From NCBI RefSeq assembly GCF_016432865.1, contig NC_067398.1:177134001-177198000 (forward strand): a DNA stretch of 64,000 nucleotides, written 5' to 3'. Below, one piece after another: positions 50,766-62,948 of this stretch. Within the stretch, counting starts at the first letter, position 1. Every line of letters starts with the position of its first letter. Under the pieces are notes generated by a model. That model searched no databases, was not told where the DNA came from, and saw nothing but the letters and a program-made list of their open reading frames with translations. The position numbers and the translations under genes are program-made. The stretch comes from Antechinus flavipes (Eukaryota).

Positions 50766-52229
50766 TTGAATTCACTGAGTCTGAGATCTCATGCGAATCC
50801 AATCAGTGTACATTCCTGTGCTTCCTTGCACTTTTATGAAAACTCTACCAGGATTCAGACCAGCTGAACATTCTTGTTCTTGTATGATTCAGTCGGTGCT
50901 ATATACACATAGTCAGAGAAGCAATAAGGCCATTTCTTGCATTGAAGATATATTCATAGCTGATGTTCATGTTAATAAAGATAATATCCCACCCTGAAAA
51001 TGAACTCACAATTCAAAAGTCATAAGTCATTTTTTGGTTATTGGGAATCACTACCACTGAATATAATTTTGTTCATAGGATTTATGACTGATAAAAGGCA
51101 AAGTAGTAGAGTAGAAAGAAATCTGAACTTAGAGGCACAGAAACTGAGTTTGGATTATAATTCTGATCCATTAATTTGCCCTCAGCAAGACACAACTTCT
51201 CTGGTCCTCAATGTTTCTTATAAAACAAGAAGGTTAGAAAAGATGAACTTTAGGTTCTTTCCCAGTTCTATTTCCCAATATCATACAAGGTATGAATGTC
51301 TATAGATGCTGTTTGGTCACTCCATTGTTCATATTACAAATCGTAGGTCAATGTAACACTCACCTAATTAGTAAGTGACAAAGCTAGAATTAAAAACCAA
51401 CATTTCTCATTGCAGAGCTAATGCTTTATCCCCTATGACGCATTGCTTATTTAACATTAGTTAATGTTCCTAGTAGACTCTGGAATTTTTCTGGTTAACA
51501 AACATATTTTCCAGTTAAAAAATAAGGCCCCAGTAATTCCAATTCTGGATGCCTATATCCATAGGATGATAGCAGATGACTATGGCTAATGTTATAGATG
51601 TGAATCCCATTCGTTATGGGATTAATTTCATTTTGATTCAATTCACCATATATCTCTTAAGTCTCTGTTGTGTACAGTGAACTGTGATGTGGCTAAGAGA
51701 GACACAAAGTTTATATTGAAATAGTCTTGTTCTCAAAAAGCTTAAGGACCCCAAAATAGCAATGCAGTCACATCTATAATACAAAACAAGACATGGTAAG
51801 TGCTGGAAATGGCAAAAATATTTTTCTTGCTTAATATCTTCCAGATAAGTGGACTCTATTTCTTTTTCTTCTGAACTTCTTTCTTGAGATAAGTTACCCC
51901 AGGTAAACATGTGAAGCAGGTAAAGAATGTTTTTATTGTTCTTTTCCATTGATAACTTTTGGCAGTCCTGTCTTTCTCTATCGCCTGTTTTATGACTTAC
52001 CCCATTCCTTTTCCCCTATCAGGCCAGTCACTTATTTTCTTAAAACTCTGATAGAAGAATGACTTAAGAAAACTAAATTGAAAAGAAATTGAATAAAGTG
52101 ATCAGAATCACACAATTAGTGTGCCTGAAGTAGGAGTTAAATTAAGTTCTTCCCAAATTTAGGAATTTTTACTCCAGGTTCTATTCTCCAACAATGACAT
52201 ATAGTACCAGCTAACTGACTCAATAAAAA

Positions 52230-52400
52230 TAAAGAGTGTGACATGGTGTGACTCTCCTAAGGTTATACTACATCTGTAATCCTGTGTTCAGTTCTGAAAA
52301 AAAATATTTTAGGGTTAGAGGAGACCAACTAAGATGACAAAAAGGACTGGAGGCCATATCAGCTGAGGATTTTTGAATAAATTGTAAAAATCATTATAAT
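52230..52400 (+). mobile_element. L3/CR1 fragment
   Basis: gagtgtgacatgg...ctgtgttcagttctg...caactaagatgacaaaaaggactggaggcc. Confidence 0.55.
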
Positions 52401-53849
52401 GGTGCATGTATAATTGCACAATTATTTACTTCAGAGTGTTGTCATAAAATATTTTATGAATTATAAAATCTTATAGTGTAAAGTATGTAAAATAGGTATT
52501 TTAAAGGAATTTTAAGGAATGTTTTTAAAAGATTTTTTTAAAGGAATATTTAATATAATTAAATTCTACTACTTCATAATGAAATTCTTTCTGCCTCTCT
52601 CTATCCCACACATCACTCCTGAAATGTATTGTGATAGAATGATTTGATGTTTATTTAATTATATCTGAACTAGAATTCATGATTTTTTTCCTTCAATTTC
52701 ATCAATGCTTCTTTTTTGAGTTTTTTTTCTTTTTAAAGCTTTATCTATTTCAATCATCCCACCAGGACACCAGGACTTAGAGAGTGTGGGTATCTTGCCA
52801 TTTACCTTGCTTCCACTCTTCACTAGGAGCAGCCACTCCCTGATTCTCCAGCAATTTGTGCTTCCTGCCTATTCTGAGAGAGTTAAAATACTATTTTGAG
52901 ACTTTTCCTGAAGTGTAAGTGCCCTCACAATAGGTTTAAAGATAGGTAAATCAAATATTAACTCAATATTTTCTGTTGAACAATACCAATGGAATTAATT
53001 ATAGTAAACTACCAAAACACTAGGAAAGGCAAAGAGTGCAGGTGCCATTTTCCCAGCCACCCCAGATCCAGCTTCATTCTTCCCAACCATCTTACTAGGA
53101 CACAGACTTCACCAGTTTGAGCATTTTGCTATCTGCCTTATCACTCTTCCTATACCATGCCTAATTTCTCCTCTTCCTTTCTACTTTTTTTTCTCATGAA
53201 ATAATAATCACATTATCATTGAAATTCTTTCTGTAAAAGGGTATGCCAATATGTTGTTTTATATTTTAAAAAGCTCTTCTTGGGAAGTATGTGTTGCTAC
53301 TCCATACATACTAATCTCCTGTAGGACCCTTCTAAACAATCCTTACAAATGTTCATTCTTCCTAATGATATGTGTGGGAAAGTGCCTTCTTTACTGTGTA
53401 GGGGAAAGTATCCTACTGCAAATTAATTGTGTCTATTGGATGATTAGAATAAGAAGTACATGAATCAATGGGGACTTGTAAGTTATTCTTTTGAGTAGAT
53501 GTGTAGAACTGAAGAATACATTAAATCTGGGAAGGCTATTCTAATGTGTTCACATATTAAAAGAGTATATCTTATTTTCTCTATGATGGGTATCCTAAAA
53601 CAGTGAAAAGATTACTGGATTTGGAGTCAGTTTACTTAGATTCTAATTCCATCTCTGGTCCTTCGTACTTGTGTGAACTGCAAAGTTACTAACTTCTCTG
53701 GGTCTCAATCTTTCATCTGTAAAATAAGCAGGCTGGATTATTTAGCTTCTAAAATCCCTTACAGTTCTAAATCTATAATCCTGAAACCGCTCCACAAATT
53801 TGACATTTCAAATTATCTCATGATCATCCTCTTTGCCTTTTTCTTCTTT

Positions 53850-54962
53850 GGTTGCAGAAAATAACATGGTACTTCTTGACAATGTCAGTCTTTTACTCTG
53901 TGTCCTTGATTCTACTATTCTCTTTCTTTCCAGAAAACTGCCATGGAAATAATCCCTTCTATCTCCTTGATTTCCTACTTCTCATATGCTCTAGTTTCTT
54001 CCTTGATGTCTTCAGACATAGCCAGATCTCACCCATTTTTAAACCGACAAAAATTCTTCACTTGGCATTATATACCCTAAAGCAATCATCCTAAATTTCT
54101 CTTCCATTTCGAATTCAAATTCCTAGAATAAAATAGGGCCAACTCAATGCCTCTACTCTCCTACCTTCCACTCACTTCTCACTCCCTTACAGTCAATGAA
54201 ATGAAACTATTTATTTCAAGGTCATCAGTGCTTTTTGTATTGTTAAATCATATTGCATTGATCTTATCCCATCCTTCTTGTTTTCTCTGAAGCTTTTACA
54301 CAGTTGAGAACTGGATTTCTCTGCTCTAGGTTTTCATGATTTTTATCTTGTTTCTCTCCCTATTTGCTGAATTGGTCTTTCCCCACCTCCTTTGCAGAAG
54401 CAACATCCTTGTCCCATCCTCTAAGGTTTTGTCCTTAGCTTCCTTCTGGTGCTTATTTCATCAACTTTTTTGGATTCATCTATCATTTCTATGCAGATGA
54501 CCCTCAAACATACTTATCTAGTCTTCATCTTTCTTTCAATTTTTACTCTTGCATGTCAGACTACTTGTTATCATTGCCAACTGGAGACACGTCAATCTAC
54601 ATATCAAGAACTGAACTTAGCATTGTCCCTCAACATATGTCTCCTCCTAACTTCCCCATACTTGTCAAATATAATTCAATCATTCTTCTAGTCACACAAA
54701 TTCTTAATCAAAGAATCATCCTTGATTCTTATATCTTATGTCACCTGTATCCAAATTGTGTCAAGTATTACCAATACCATTTATTCACTATCATTTGCAT
54801 CTCTTCTACAACAAAAACCAGGTCCTTTTTATCTCTTACTTGAACTGCTGCAATAGCCTCTTATTGCTTTCCCTACATCCAATTTCTCTTCTCTAAATTA
54901 TTATCTGTGTAGTTGATAAATTGATATCCTGAAAATTCAGGTCTATTCATGTCACTTCTTTT
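53850..54962 (+). mobile_element. L2 LINE body, interrupted by L1
   Basis: catttctatgcagatgaccctcaaac (YADD region) and typical L2 pyrimidine-rich body. Continues after 55533. Confidence 0.75.
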
Positions 54963-55532
54963 TTCTTTCTTTCTTTTTTAATTTATTTTATTTTATAATA
55001 ACTTTTTATTGACAGAGCCCATGCCAGGGTAATTTTTTACAACATTATCCTTTGTACTCACTTCTGTTCCAATTTTTCCCCTCCCTCCCTTCACCCCCTT
55101 CCCTAGATGGCGAGCAGTCCTATATATGTTAAATATGTTGCAGTATATCCTAGATACAATATATGTGTGCAGAACCGAACAGTTCTCTTGTTGCACAGGT
55201 TGAATTGGATTCAGAAGGTATAAATAACTCGGGAAGAAAAACAAAAATACAAATAGTTTACATTCATTTCCCAGTGTTCTTTCTTTGGGTGTATCTGCTT
55301 CTGTCCATCATTGATCAATTAAAACTGAGTTAGATCTTCTCTTTGTCGAAGAAATCCATTTCCCTCAGAATACATCTTCAAATAGTATCGTTGTTGAGGT
55401 ATATAATGATCTCCTGGTTCTGCTCATTTCATTTAACATCAGTTCATGTAAGTCTCTCCAAGCCTCTCTGTATTCATCCTGCGGTCATTTCTTACAGAAC
55501 AATAACATTCCATAACATTCATATACCACAAT
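54963..55532 (-). mobile_element. Young 5'-truncated L1 (570 bp)
   Basis: T-rich tail, then antisense 3' UTR and ORF2 end. Perfect 17-bp TSD TTCATGTCACTTCTTTT at 54946-54962 and 55533-55549, with a TTTT/AA endonuclease site. Confidence 0.95.
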
Positions 55533-55597
55533 TTCATGTCACTTCTTTTAAGGTGACTAATGACATGAGCCACTTTTTAACATTTAAAATTCTTTAT

Positions 55598-55735
55598 AGG
55601 GGCAACTAGACAGTGCAATGGATAGAGCATCAGCTCTGGATTCAGGAAGAATTGAATTAAAATCTGGTCTCAGATACTTATTAGCTCTATGACTCTAAGC
55701 AAATCACTTAACTCCAGTTGCATCCAAATTAAATA
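55598..55735 (+). mobile_element. Short tRNA-derived marsupial SINE (older)
   Basis: ggggcaactagacagtgcaatggatagagc...gcaaatcacttaactcc plus A-rich tail. Confidence 0.75.
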
Positions 55736-56138
55736 AAATCTTTCATAGTCTATCTCCCACTTATCAGTCCAAATTGATTATACATTATACCCCACAATAT
55801 ACTCTACATCATGGCCAAAATAAGCTACTTATTCTTTATCTTAATACTATATCTGACTTTCCTATAAACAATTCCTCTTGCCTATAATGCCCCTCTCCTC
55901 ATTTCTGCTTTTTGGAACCCTAGATTCCTTTCAAGGGATATAAGTTCCTCAATGGCAATAGTTAACTCACTTTGTCTTTCTTTCTTTAGGGCCTAATATA
56001 TGCTTATCATGTATTAAGTACTTCTTGATTGAATATACCTTCTAGTTGTGTTTAATATATACATATATACTAGTTTACTGATTGAAGGGTAATTAAAAAC
56101 ATATGAGAATTATAAATAGTTTTGCTGCATGGATTTTT

Positions 56139-56287
56139 TTTTTTTTTTTTTTTTTGCGCTGAGGCGATTGGGGTTAAGTGACTTGTCCAGGGTCACACAG
56201 CTAGGAAGTATTGTGTTTGAGGTCAGATTTGAACTCAGGTCCTCCTGGCTTCAGGGCTGGTGCTCTGTGTACTGCACCACTATCCCA
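56139..56287 (-). mobile_element. Young short tRNA-derived SINE (WSINE1-like)
   Basis: Poly-T tail. 12-bp TSD GCATGGATTTTT at 56127-56138 and 56288-56299. Same family as 23477. Confidence 0.9.
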
Positions 56288-58601
56288 GCATGGATTTTTA
56301 AAATATAAGACCAGTGAATATAACAATAACAGCAAAGATAACTCAATTGAATCAATGAAATATGAATTTTTGTTTTTTATAGAATTAAACAATCGTTTTG
56401 ACTGAATTGATCAAATGAATCAACCCTTTTGTTTTAATATGATGAGAATAACCTCTCACCTGACACAGTCCTGAACAGAAATTTGAATATGGATTTGCTT
56501 CTCTCTTCTTTGTATTTTTAAAAATTTATTTCTCTTTAGTCAGGCACAAATCTTGAACTGTTACTCATTATAAAGAATTTCACAAGTTTTTCAAATGATC
56601 AAAGATAAAATGTGAAATTATAGGTGTTTATAAATTAACAGATCCAAAAAGTTATACTTAAGTTTTTTTTGTTCATTTTTTAATAAATAAAATACTTTGA
56701 AGACCCTATCATTCCATCACATGCTGGGTACTTCTCTCTACAAAGAACAAATTTCTCCTATTTTATTCCAACTTTTGTGATCCTGGGCAATTCAGATGCC
56801 TAATGTAGTTTGGAGGGAAACCTGGATACTCAAAGGGGATGCAAGTTCTGGAAGCCTCCTTCTTTCCCCAACCTCTTGCATCCACAACAAGGAAAAAGTT
56901 CCCAACATTTGGTCATTGATAGACCATATCTCATTTGAAGATCAGACAGCTATCTAAGTCAGGAAAAGTTCATCATTAGAAAGTTGGCTAGCCAGAAAAA
57001 AACTTCTTTTTCAATAAATAAACATAAAATAATCCAGAAAAATGATGCAGAATTCCTATAAACACCAGGATAGATAAATAATAGTTATACAGAAAGATAG
57101 ATAATGTACGAATAGGAGATAGATGGGAAGACCGATCTGTTTGGAATACTAGAAAAAATAAAACTATGAGTTGAATTAATCTTTTTCTCAGAATTCTTTG
57201 TAAACCTCTACTACTTTTATTTTGAAATAATAATTTATAGTAGATATGAATTCAAGTGGAAGTTTGAATTGTAGAAAAAAAAAAAAACAATTGTCTACCT
57301 ACTCTTTCCTTCCTCTTTTCTCCCATTTTGCTCTTCTTCTTTTGTTTATTCTCCTCTTACCCACTCCATGTCCCATGATTGATTCAAGATCAGAAACCCA
57401 ATTCAAATAAAGAACTTATTCTTAGTTTATCATTTACCCAGAATGAATTAATTCCTATGTATAACATAGCATCAAACAAATCCTGCCTCATACATGAAAT
57501 GAAATTCTACCTTACCTCTATCAAAGAATGTAGAACTTCCATACTAAGTACAGTTGTAAAGACATTTTTTCCTATAATCTTTCTTTAGAAAATTTTAGTT
57601 CTTTCTTGGTTTTTATCTTGCCTCCTATTTACTTTTATTTAAAAAGCCTCCTATTAACTTTTATTGGTGTTGTAGTTATTTTTTCCATCTTCATGTCTAT
57701 CTAAATCACTTACTACTGATCCTGGTCCCATAATACTCCAGTCTCTTAGTAAATTCATTTACATCAATTTTCTTTCAACACATGTTGAATGTCCTTTCTC
57801 TGCCTATTTTCCAGCTGTAATGGTTGATGCATCTCTATGATATTTGGAAATACCTAAATGACTAAAATTTTCATTCTTTCTCCCTCTCTTTCATTTAGAC
57901 AGAACCTAAAATTAAAGATGTGCAAATTGGTCTGTGTGACAAGATACTATTATGAGAAAGTATTCTGCAAGTATACAGACATAAGGTGTTCTCATAAATC
58001 CTTTAGTTTCTTGTGGGAAAATAATGTTTGTTTCCTCATATCAAAGCCTTCCACAGTATCTATTTTGTGGTTGTCTACATGACACCAGAAATCTGGATGA
58101 AAAGTGAAAAACAAAATAAATAGCCCTATTCCATTTTCATAGTGCCGACACAGTCTGTTTTTTGTTTTGATTTCAGATGAACACTGAGCAATCAGACCAG
58201 CAGAACCTTGCCTTATGCATGCTGTGTTTTACCTCAGTTATGTCTACATGGCTGAAGCTGAACTAGAAGCAACCGAAATCTAGAGGTGAACCAATTAGCC
58301 ATGGCTGGTTTCCACATCTCCACTAGATCTGGTATTAGCACTTCTGGACTCCCTGCTGCCATAACTAATCAGCTTGACTGAATCTTTCAGTCACATCCAA
58401 TTTGGCCTTGACTATGGAAAACGTGGCCTCAGAGAATAAAAAAGAATAAGCATTTTATGTCTAATGTCCACATATTTACAATCCATGACGAGTGCCATCC
58501 TCCTGGCAGAGTAATGATCAGAATGGGTAGTTATTCCTTTGTAATTCTTTGCACTCTAAATTCAATTGTAAATTTCTCACAGCTTTAAGAAGCCTCTAAA
58601 T

Positions 58602-58795
58602 CAGAGCTTTTAAAAATTCTTCCACTAGTGACCTCTTTTTACCAGAGAAATTTTCACATGAATTCAGGTATATATATACATATGTAAAACAATATACAAA
58701 TCAAACATTTACTGATAATACATCATAATTTTGCAACTCCCCATTCAGTTATGAAACTCTATATTAAGTCACAACCCTTGAGTTTAAGAAACTGG
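58602..58795 (+). mobile_element. Older hAT-Charlie-type MITE
   Basis: CAGAGCTTTT... / ...GTTTAAGAAACTG termini and gcaactccccattcagtt subterminal block shared with the 35842 element. Confidence 0.55.
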
Positions 58796-59689
58796 ACTCT
58801 CGATAACTTAGAGAAAGATCTAAAAATTCCTGTCTATAAAACTATCTGATATGACTCACAAGCAGTCTTATTTCTATCAGATTATAATTATTTTGTGCTC
58901 TAGGTGATCAGGAAAGATATAAACAATTTCCAGTCAAAATTTTATAAAGTTAAAAAGTTCCTTCAGGGATTATTGTGCAAAATGACCCCTGAATAAGCTT
59001 TATTGGTGGTTAAACTAGGCAAGCAGTTTCTTAATTTATCTTTAAGGCATATTAGTTTCTCTTAGCACAACCATCCTGGCCTCCCACTACCACGGAATTT
59101 CAATCATAGGATGGTTCAGTGAGAAACAAAGTGCTCACCTCCTTCCTCTCTCAAACTGCTAAAACTAAAGTCTTGATTCTCTTTTGACACAGTTTTTAAA
59201 GAAAACTACATCTCTGAGGGAGAGGTGAAGAGAAGGTCAGTGGAATTTTCCTTCATGTGTGTCTGTTTATCATTGGAGTAAGTTCCTGTTATGTAGAGGA
59301 CCTGAATATTTTTGAGTTTTTCTATGGTCTTTAAGTAAGACAGTTATGAATTATGCCTTCCAAAGGTTAAAGTAATAATCAACTTAGCCAATTTTCAAGT
59401 TCTCTCCTCATTCAGAATTTTTTTTTCAAACTGACACAAATTCTTCTCCATTCCTAAAGATGATCAGTTTAATTACAGATTGTCCTTTGACCTAACTGAT
59501 TTTCAAAATCCCAAATAACACTAGCCCTTTAAATAGAATTGGCAGCCAGTGAAATGTGGACAAAATCAGCGCTGCACTCCTTTTCTCTGGGGGTTAAGGA
59601 ATGATTCTTATGTCCATTCCATATTGCATCTTTATGCCCTTTACTGGATTCTTCCTGTGGATTCTAAACACATGTTCTATAGTTAATCT

Positions 59690-59940
59690 GTTCATTTAAG
59701 TAAAAAGATGGTGTAGGAGACAAAAAGTTGAACCTGAAGTCAGGAAAAATGACTTCAAATGTGACCTCAGACACTTACTAGCTATGGACTAATTTTTGTT
59801 TGTCTCAGTTTCCCATCTACACAATAAAAATAGTAATAGTGTCTATTTTCTAGGGTTTTTATGAAGATAAATTGAGATATTGGTTGTAAGACACTTTGCA
59901 AATTTTAAATTGTTATAGAAATGCTGGCTACTAGCTGTTA
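59690..59940 (+). mobile_element. MIR SINE
   Basis: gtgacctcagacacttactagc...tctcagtttcccatct...gggtttttatgaagataaattgagat. Confidence 0.75.
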
Positions 59941-60549
59941 TTCTCCCTTCCCCTGCCCTGCTCCAACCTCTACCACTTCTTACTTTCTCTCTGACACTAA
60001 GAGCAGGTCACAAAAGTATACTGGAGAATAAAGGCAATTATTCAGACCTATTAGGCAGTGGACAATAGGAAAAAAAGAAAACAAGAAAACAAGCAAACAA
60101 ACCAACAGCAACAAAAAGCAAAATACCCCCGTTAACTTTAGCATTCAGATTTTTGTAGACTTTAGATAAAAATGCTTTCATTCTCCACTTCATTTGGCAA
60201 GTACTGATGGGACTTAAATTTGCTGATTAGTTCATCAAATTAATACTTGCCTTGTAGGATCATAGATTTAGATCTAAAAAGTATTTCAAAAGTCACCTAA
60301 TTCAATAACTCCTCTTTACTGTTTTTTTTTTCTTTTTTTACATATGAGAGAGCTCAGTTATAGAAACAGTAGAAGGACCTTATTTTAAAGCAATTTCCTT
60401 TTAAGGCAGAGTCACTCTATTGAGACCCAAGTGATCTTGCAATAATGCCAAAATATGCTATGCATACATTAACATGTATGTGTCTATATATATATAGATG
60501 TATAGATGTATATGTATATGTGTGCTATCTTATATGCATATTTCTATAT

Positions 60550-60790
60550 TGTTGTTGAGTCATTTCAGTTGTATCTAGCTTTTCATGATGCCAGTTGAGG
60601 TTTTCTTGGCAAAGATACTCCAGTGATTTGACATTTTCTTCTACAATTCATTTTACAGGTGAGGAATTTGGGGCAAGCAGGGTTTGTGACTTATTCAGGA
60701 TCACACAAACAATAGGTATTTAAAGTCAAATTTGAACTCTAGTCCTTCTGTCTCTAAGGATTCTCTCAACTGTGTCACTTAGCTGTCTCT
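60550..60790 (-). mobile_element. MAR1 SINE
   Basis: ttgttgagtcatttcagttg...gttttcttggcaaagatactccagtg... Confidence 0.8.
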
Positions 60791-61041
60791 ATACTTATGT
60801 ATACATATATTTATTATATATGCTTATATAATACAAACTTATATATTCATGTGTGTCAGAACTTTTAAAAAGAGAATTGGCAAATGAAGGTGGCCTAGCT
60901 GTACCAAATCTAAAATTATATTATAAAGCAGCAGTTACCACAACCATTTGGTATTGGCTAAGAAACAGACTAGTTGATCAGTGGAATGGGTTAGGTTCAA
61001 AGGACAAAATAGCCAATAACTTTAATAATATAGTGTTTGAC

Positions 61042-61232
61042 CAGGGGTCCTCAAACTTTTTAAATAGGAGCCAGTTCACTGTCCCTCAGACTATTGGAGG
61101 GCTGGACTACAGTAACAACAAAAACTTTGTTTTGTGGGCCTTTAAATAAAGAAACTTCATAGCTCTAGGTGAGGAGGATAAACGTCCTCAGCTGCTGCAT
61201 CTGGCCCACGGGCCATAGTTTGAGGACCCCTG
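61042..61232 (+). mobile_element. Non-autonomous hAT MITE (OC1-like), second copy
   Basis: Perfect 16-bp TIRs CAGGGGTCCTCAAACT / AGTTTGAGGACCCCTG. Flanks tgtttgac (61034-61041) / tgtatgac (61231-61238, overlapping the terminal TG). Confidence 0.9.
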
Positions 61233-61699
61233 TATGACAAACCCAAAGACCCCAGATTTTGGGATAAGAACTCACTGTTTGACAAAAATTGCTGGGAAAA
61301 TTGGAAACTAGTATGGCAGAAACTAGGCATTGACCCACACTTAACACCGTATACCAAGATAAGGTCAAAATGGATTCATGACCTAGGCATAAAGAATGAG
61401 ATTATAAATACATTAGAAGAATATAGGATAGTTTACCTCTCAGACCTTGTGGAAGAGGAAGGCATTTATGACCAAAGAAGAACTAGAGATCATTACTGAT
61501 CACAAAATAGAAAATTTTGATTATATCAAATTGAAAAGTTTTTGTACAAACAAAACTAATGCAGACAAGATTAGAAGGGAAACAATAAACTGGGAAAACA
61601 TTTTTACAATCAAAGATTCTGATAAAGGCCTCATTTCCAAAATATATAGAGACTTGATTCTAATTTATAAGAAATCAAGACCTTCTCCAATTGATAAAT

Positions 61700-62227
61700 T
61701 GTTGGAATCTGTACAAACTGCTAACTAATTAGAGTTGATCTAATCTTACAAGAAGATGTTTTGGGCCAGAACCTGAAACAAGGTACTAAGAAGAACTAAT
61801 GAGTACAATGCTTGTGTTTACATCTTTACTCATTGGAGTTCACAAGTATGCCAGCTTCACAAAGTAAACTTTGTAACTTGGTGAATTCACACCTCCCTTA
61901 AAGCTCTTTGGGCCAGAGAGCACTATGGGAGAAAACCCATAATCCCTTTCTCTCGTATCCCACAATTCCTCCCTCTTGTATAAAAGAAACAGACAGAGGC
62001 TCTCAGTCAGATTTTTCACCGGAATGACATGAAGAGTGGAGCTGACTGGAGGCTGAAGAAAGCAGAGGCAGAGGCTGAAGGACAAAACCTTTGGATTTGG
62101 CGACATTCGGAGGGAGCTCTTGGAACCAAGCAGAGAGATAGACCTCTAAGCTAACCGGGCTATATTGGAGATAATAAAAGATCTGAATTTTTATCACCTG
62201 GATGCATTTGGGAAGAAGATCACCACA
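61700..62227 (+). mobile_element. 5' LTR of class II (betaretrovirus-like/ERVK) provirus, 528 bp
   Basis: Starts TGTTGG immediately after L1 ...gataaat. TATAAAA 61979-61985, AATAAA 62173-62178, ends CCACA followed by ttt and a PBS. Confidence 0.9.
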
Positions 62228-62230
62228 TTT

Positions 62231-62270
62231 TGGCGCCTGAATAGGGACTTGAACCCTGGACCCTCAGATT
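62231..62270 (+). promoter_or_regulatory. PBS 1: 40-nt complement of the tRNA-Lys(UUU) 3' half
   Basis: TGGCGCCTGAATAGGGACTTGAACCCTGGACCCTCAGATT, 38/40 to the recalled vertebrate tRNA-Lys3 positions 76 to 37. Confidence 0.9.
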
Positions 62271-62299
62271 TGAACCCCAACATTTGAACTCCCACATTT

Positions 62300-62318
62300 T
62301 GGTGCCCAACATGGGGCT
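62300..62318 (+). promoter_or_regulatory. PBS 2: tRNA-Lys(CUU) type
   Basis: TGGTGCCCAACATGGGGCT versus TGGCGCCCAACGTGGGGCT; both mismatches are CpG transitions. Confidence 0.85.
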
Positions 62319-62421
62319 AACAGACCCCTCAGTGGATTTCAGTGGAAAAGCTCCGATCCTGATTCAAGTGGAAAAGCCTTTGATCCTGATTCAGTGGAAA
62401 AGTCTTCTTGACCCAGAAATT

Positions 62422-62430
62422 CGGGTGAGT
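62422..62430 (+). promoter_or_regulatory. Probable proviral major splice donor
   Basis: CGG|GTGAGT between the PBS and the gag ATG. Confidence 0.6.
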
Positions 62431-62478
62431 GCAACAAAGAAATTTTGTTAGAAGAGTTAAAGTAGAATTTCAGCTAAG

Positions 62479-62948
62479 ATGGGACAGATATTTAGAAAAC
62501 AGCCTATTTCTGTTCAAGGAAAATGTTTAGAGAACATTGTCAAAGTTATGGAAAAGCCAAGGTTTAATTATAAATTTGGAGCAGATCACTGAACTTTTAG
62601 AAATTGTTAAATACATATGTCCTTGGTTCTCTACAGAAAAGGAATTAGATTTAGACAAATGGAAATTAATCGGAGAAAAACTGGGTGAATGCTGCAGATC
62701 TAATTCATCTTCTAATTCAAACTCAATGCAGTGGACATTAGAAAGAGAGGCTCTTTTTTATAATAGAAATGGACCTGACTCAATTTCCAAAGACATAATT
62801 AATACATATAATGTAATACAATTGGCTATAAGAAGTTATTTAAGTGATAGAATGAAGAAAAGGAAAGTTCAGGAGGAAGAAGTGCCAACTTTACTAGGTG
62901 AAAAGGAGCAAGAATCGGATAAGAATGGAGTTAAGTACAATTCTGAGT
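62479..62948 (+). pseudogene. gag: Betaretrovirus-like Gag matrix region, frameshifted and truncated
   Basis: MGQ start (62479). After a +1 frameshift it reads EQITELLEIVKYICPWFS..KELDLDKWKLIGEKL, the betaretroviral MA CPWF...W motif. Joins L1 at about 62949. Confidence 0.85.

Noticed and set aside
59481-59493. Isolated DR1 site (AGGTCA-A-AGGACA on minus strand) resembling the 601-bp element arm
   Set aside because: No further similarity to the arm; a single 13-mer is not enough to claim a relationship or a function.
62231-62270. tRNA-Lys gene
   Set aside because: Only the antisense 3' 40 nt including the CCA complement are present, at an LTR boundary. It is a primer-binding-site copy, not a gene.
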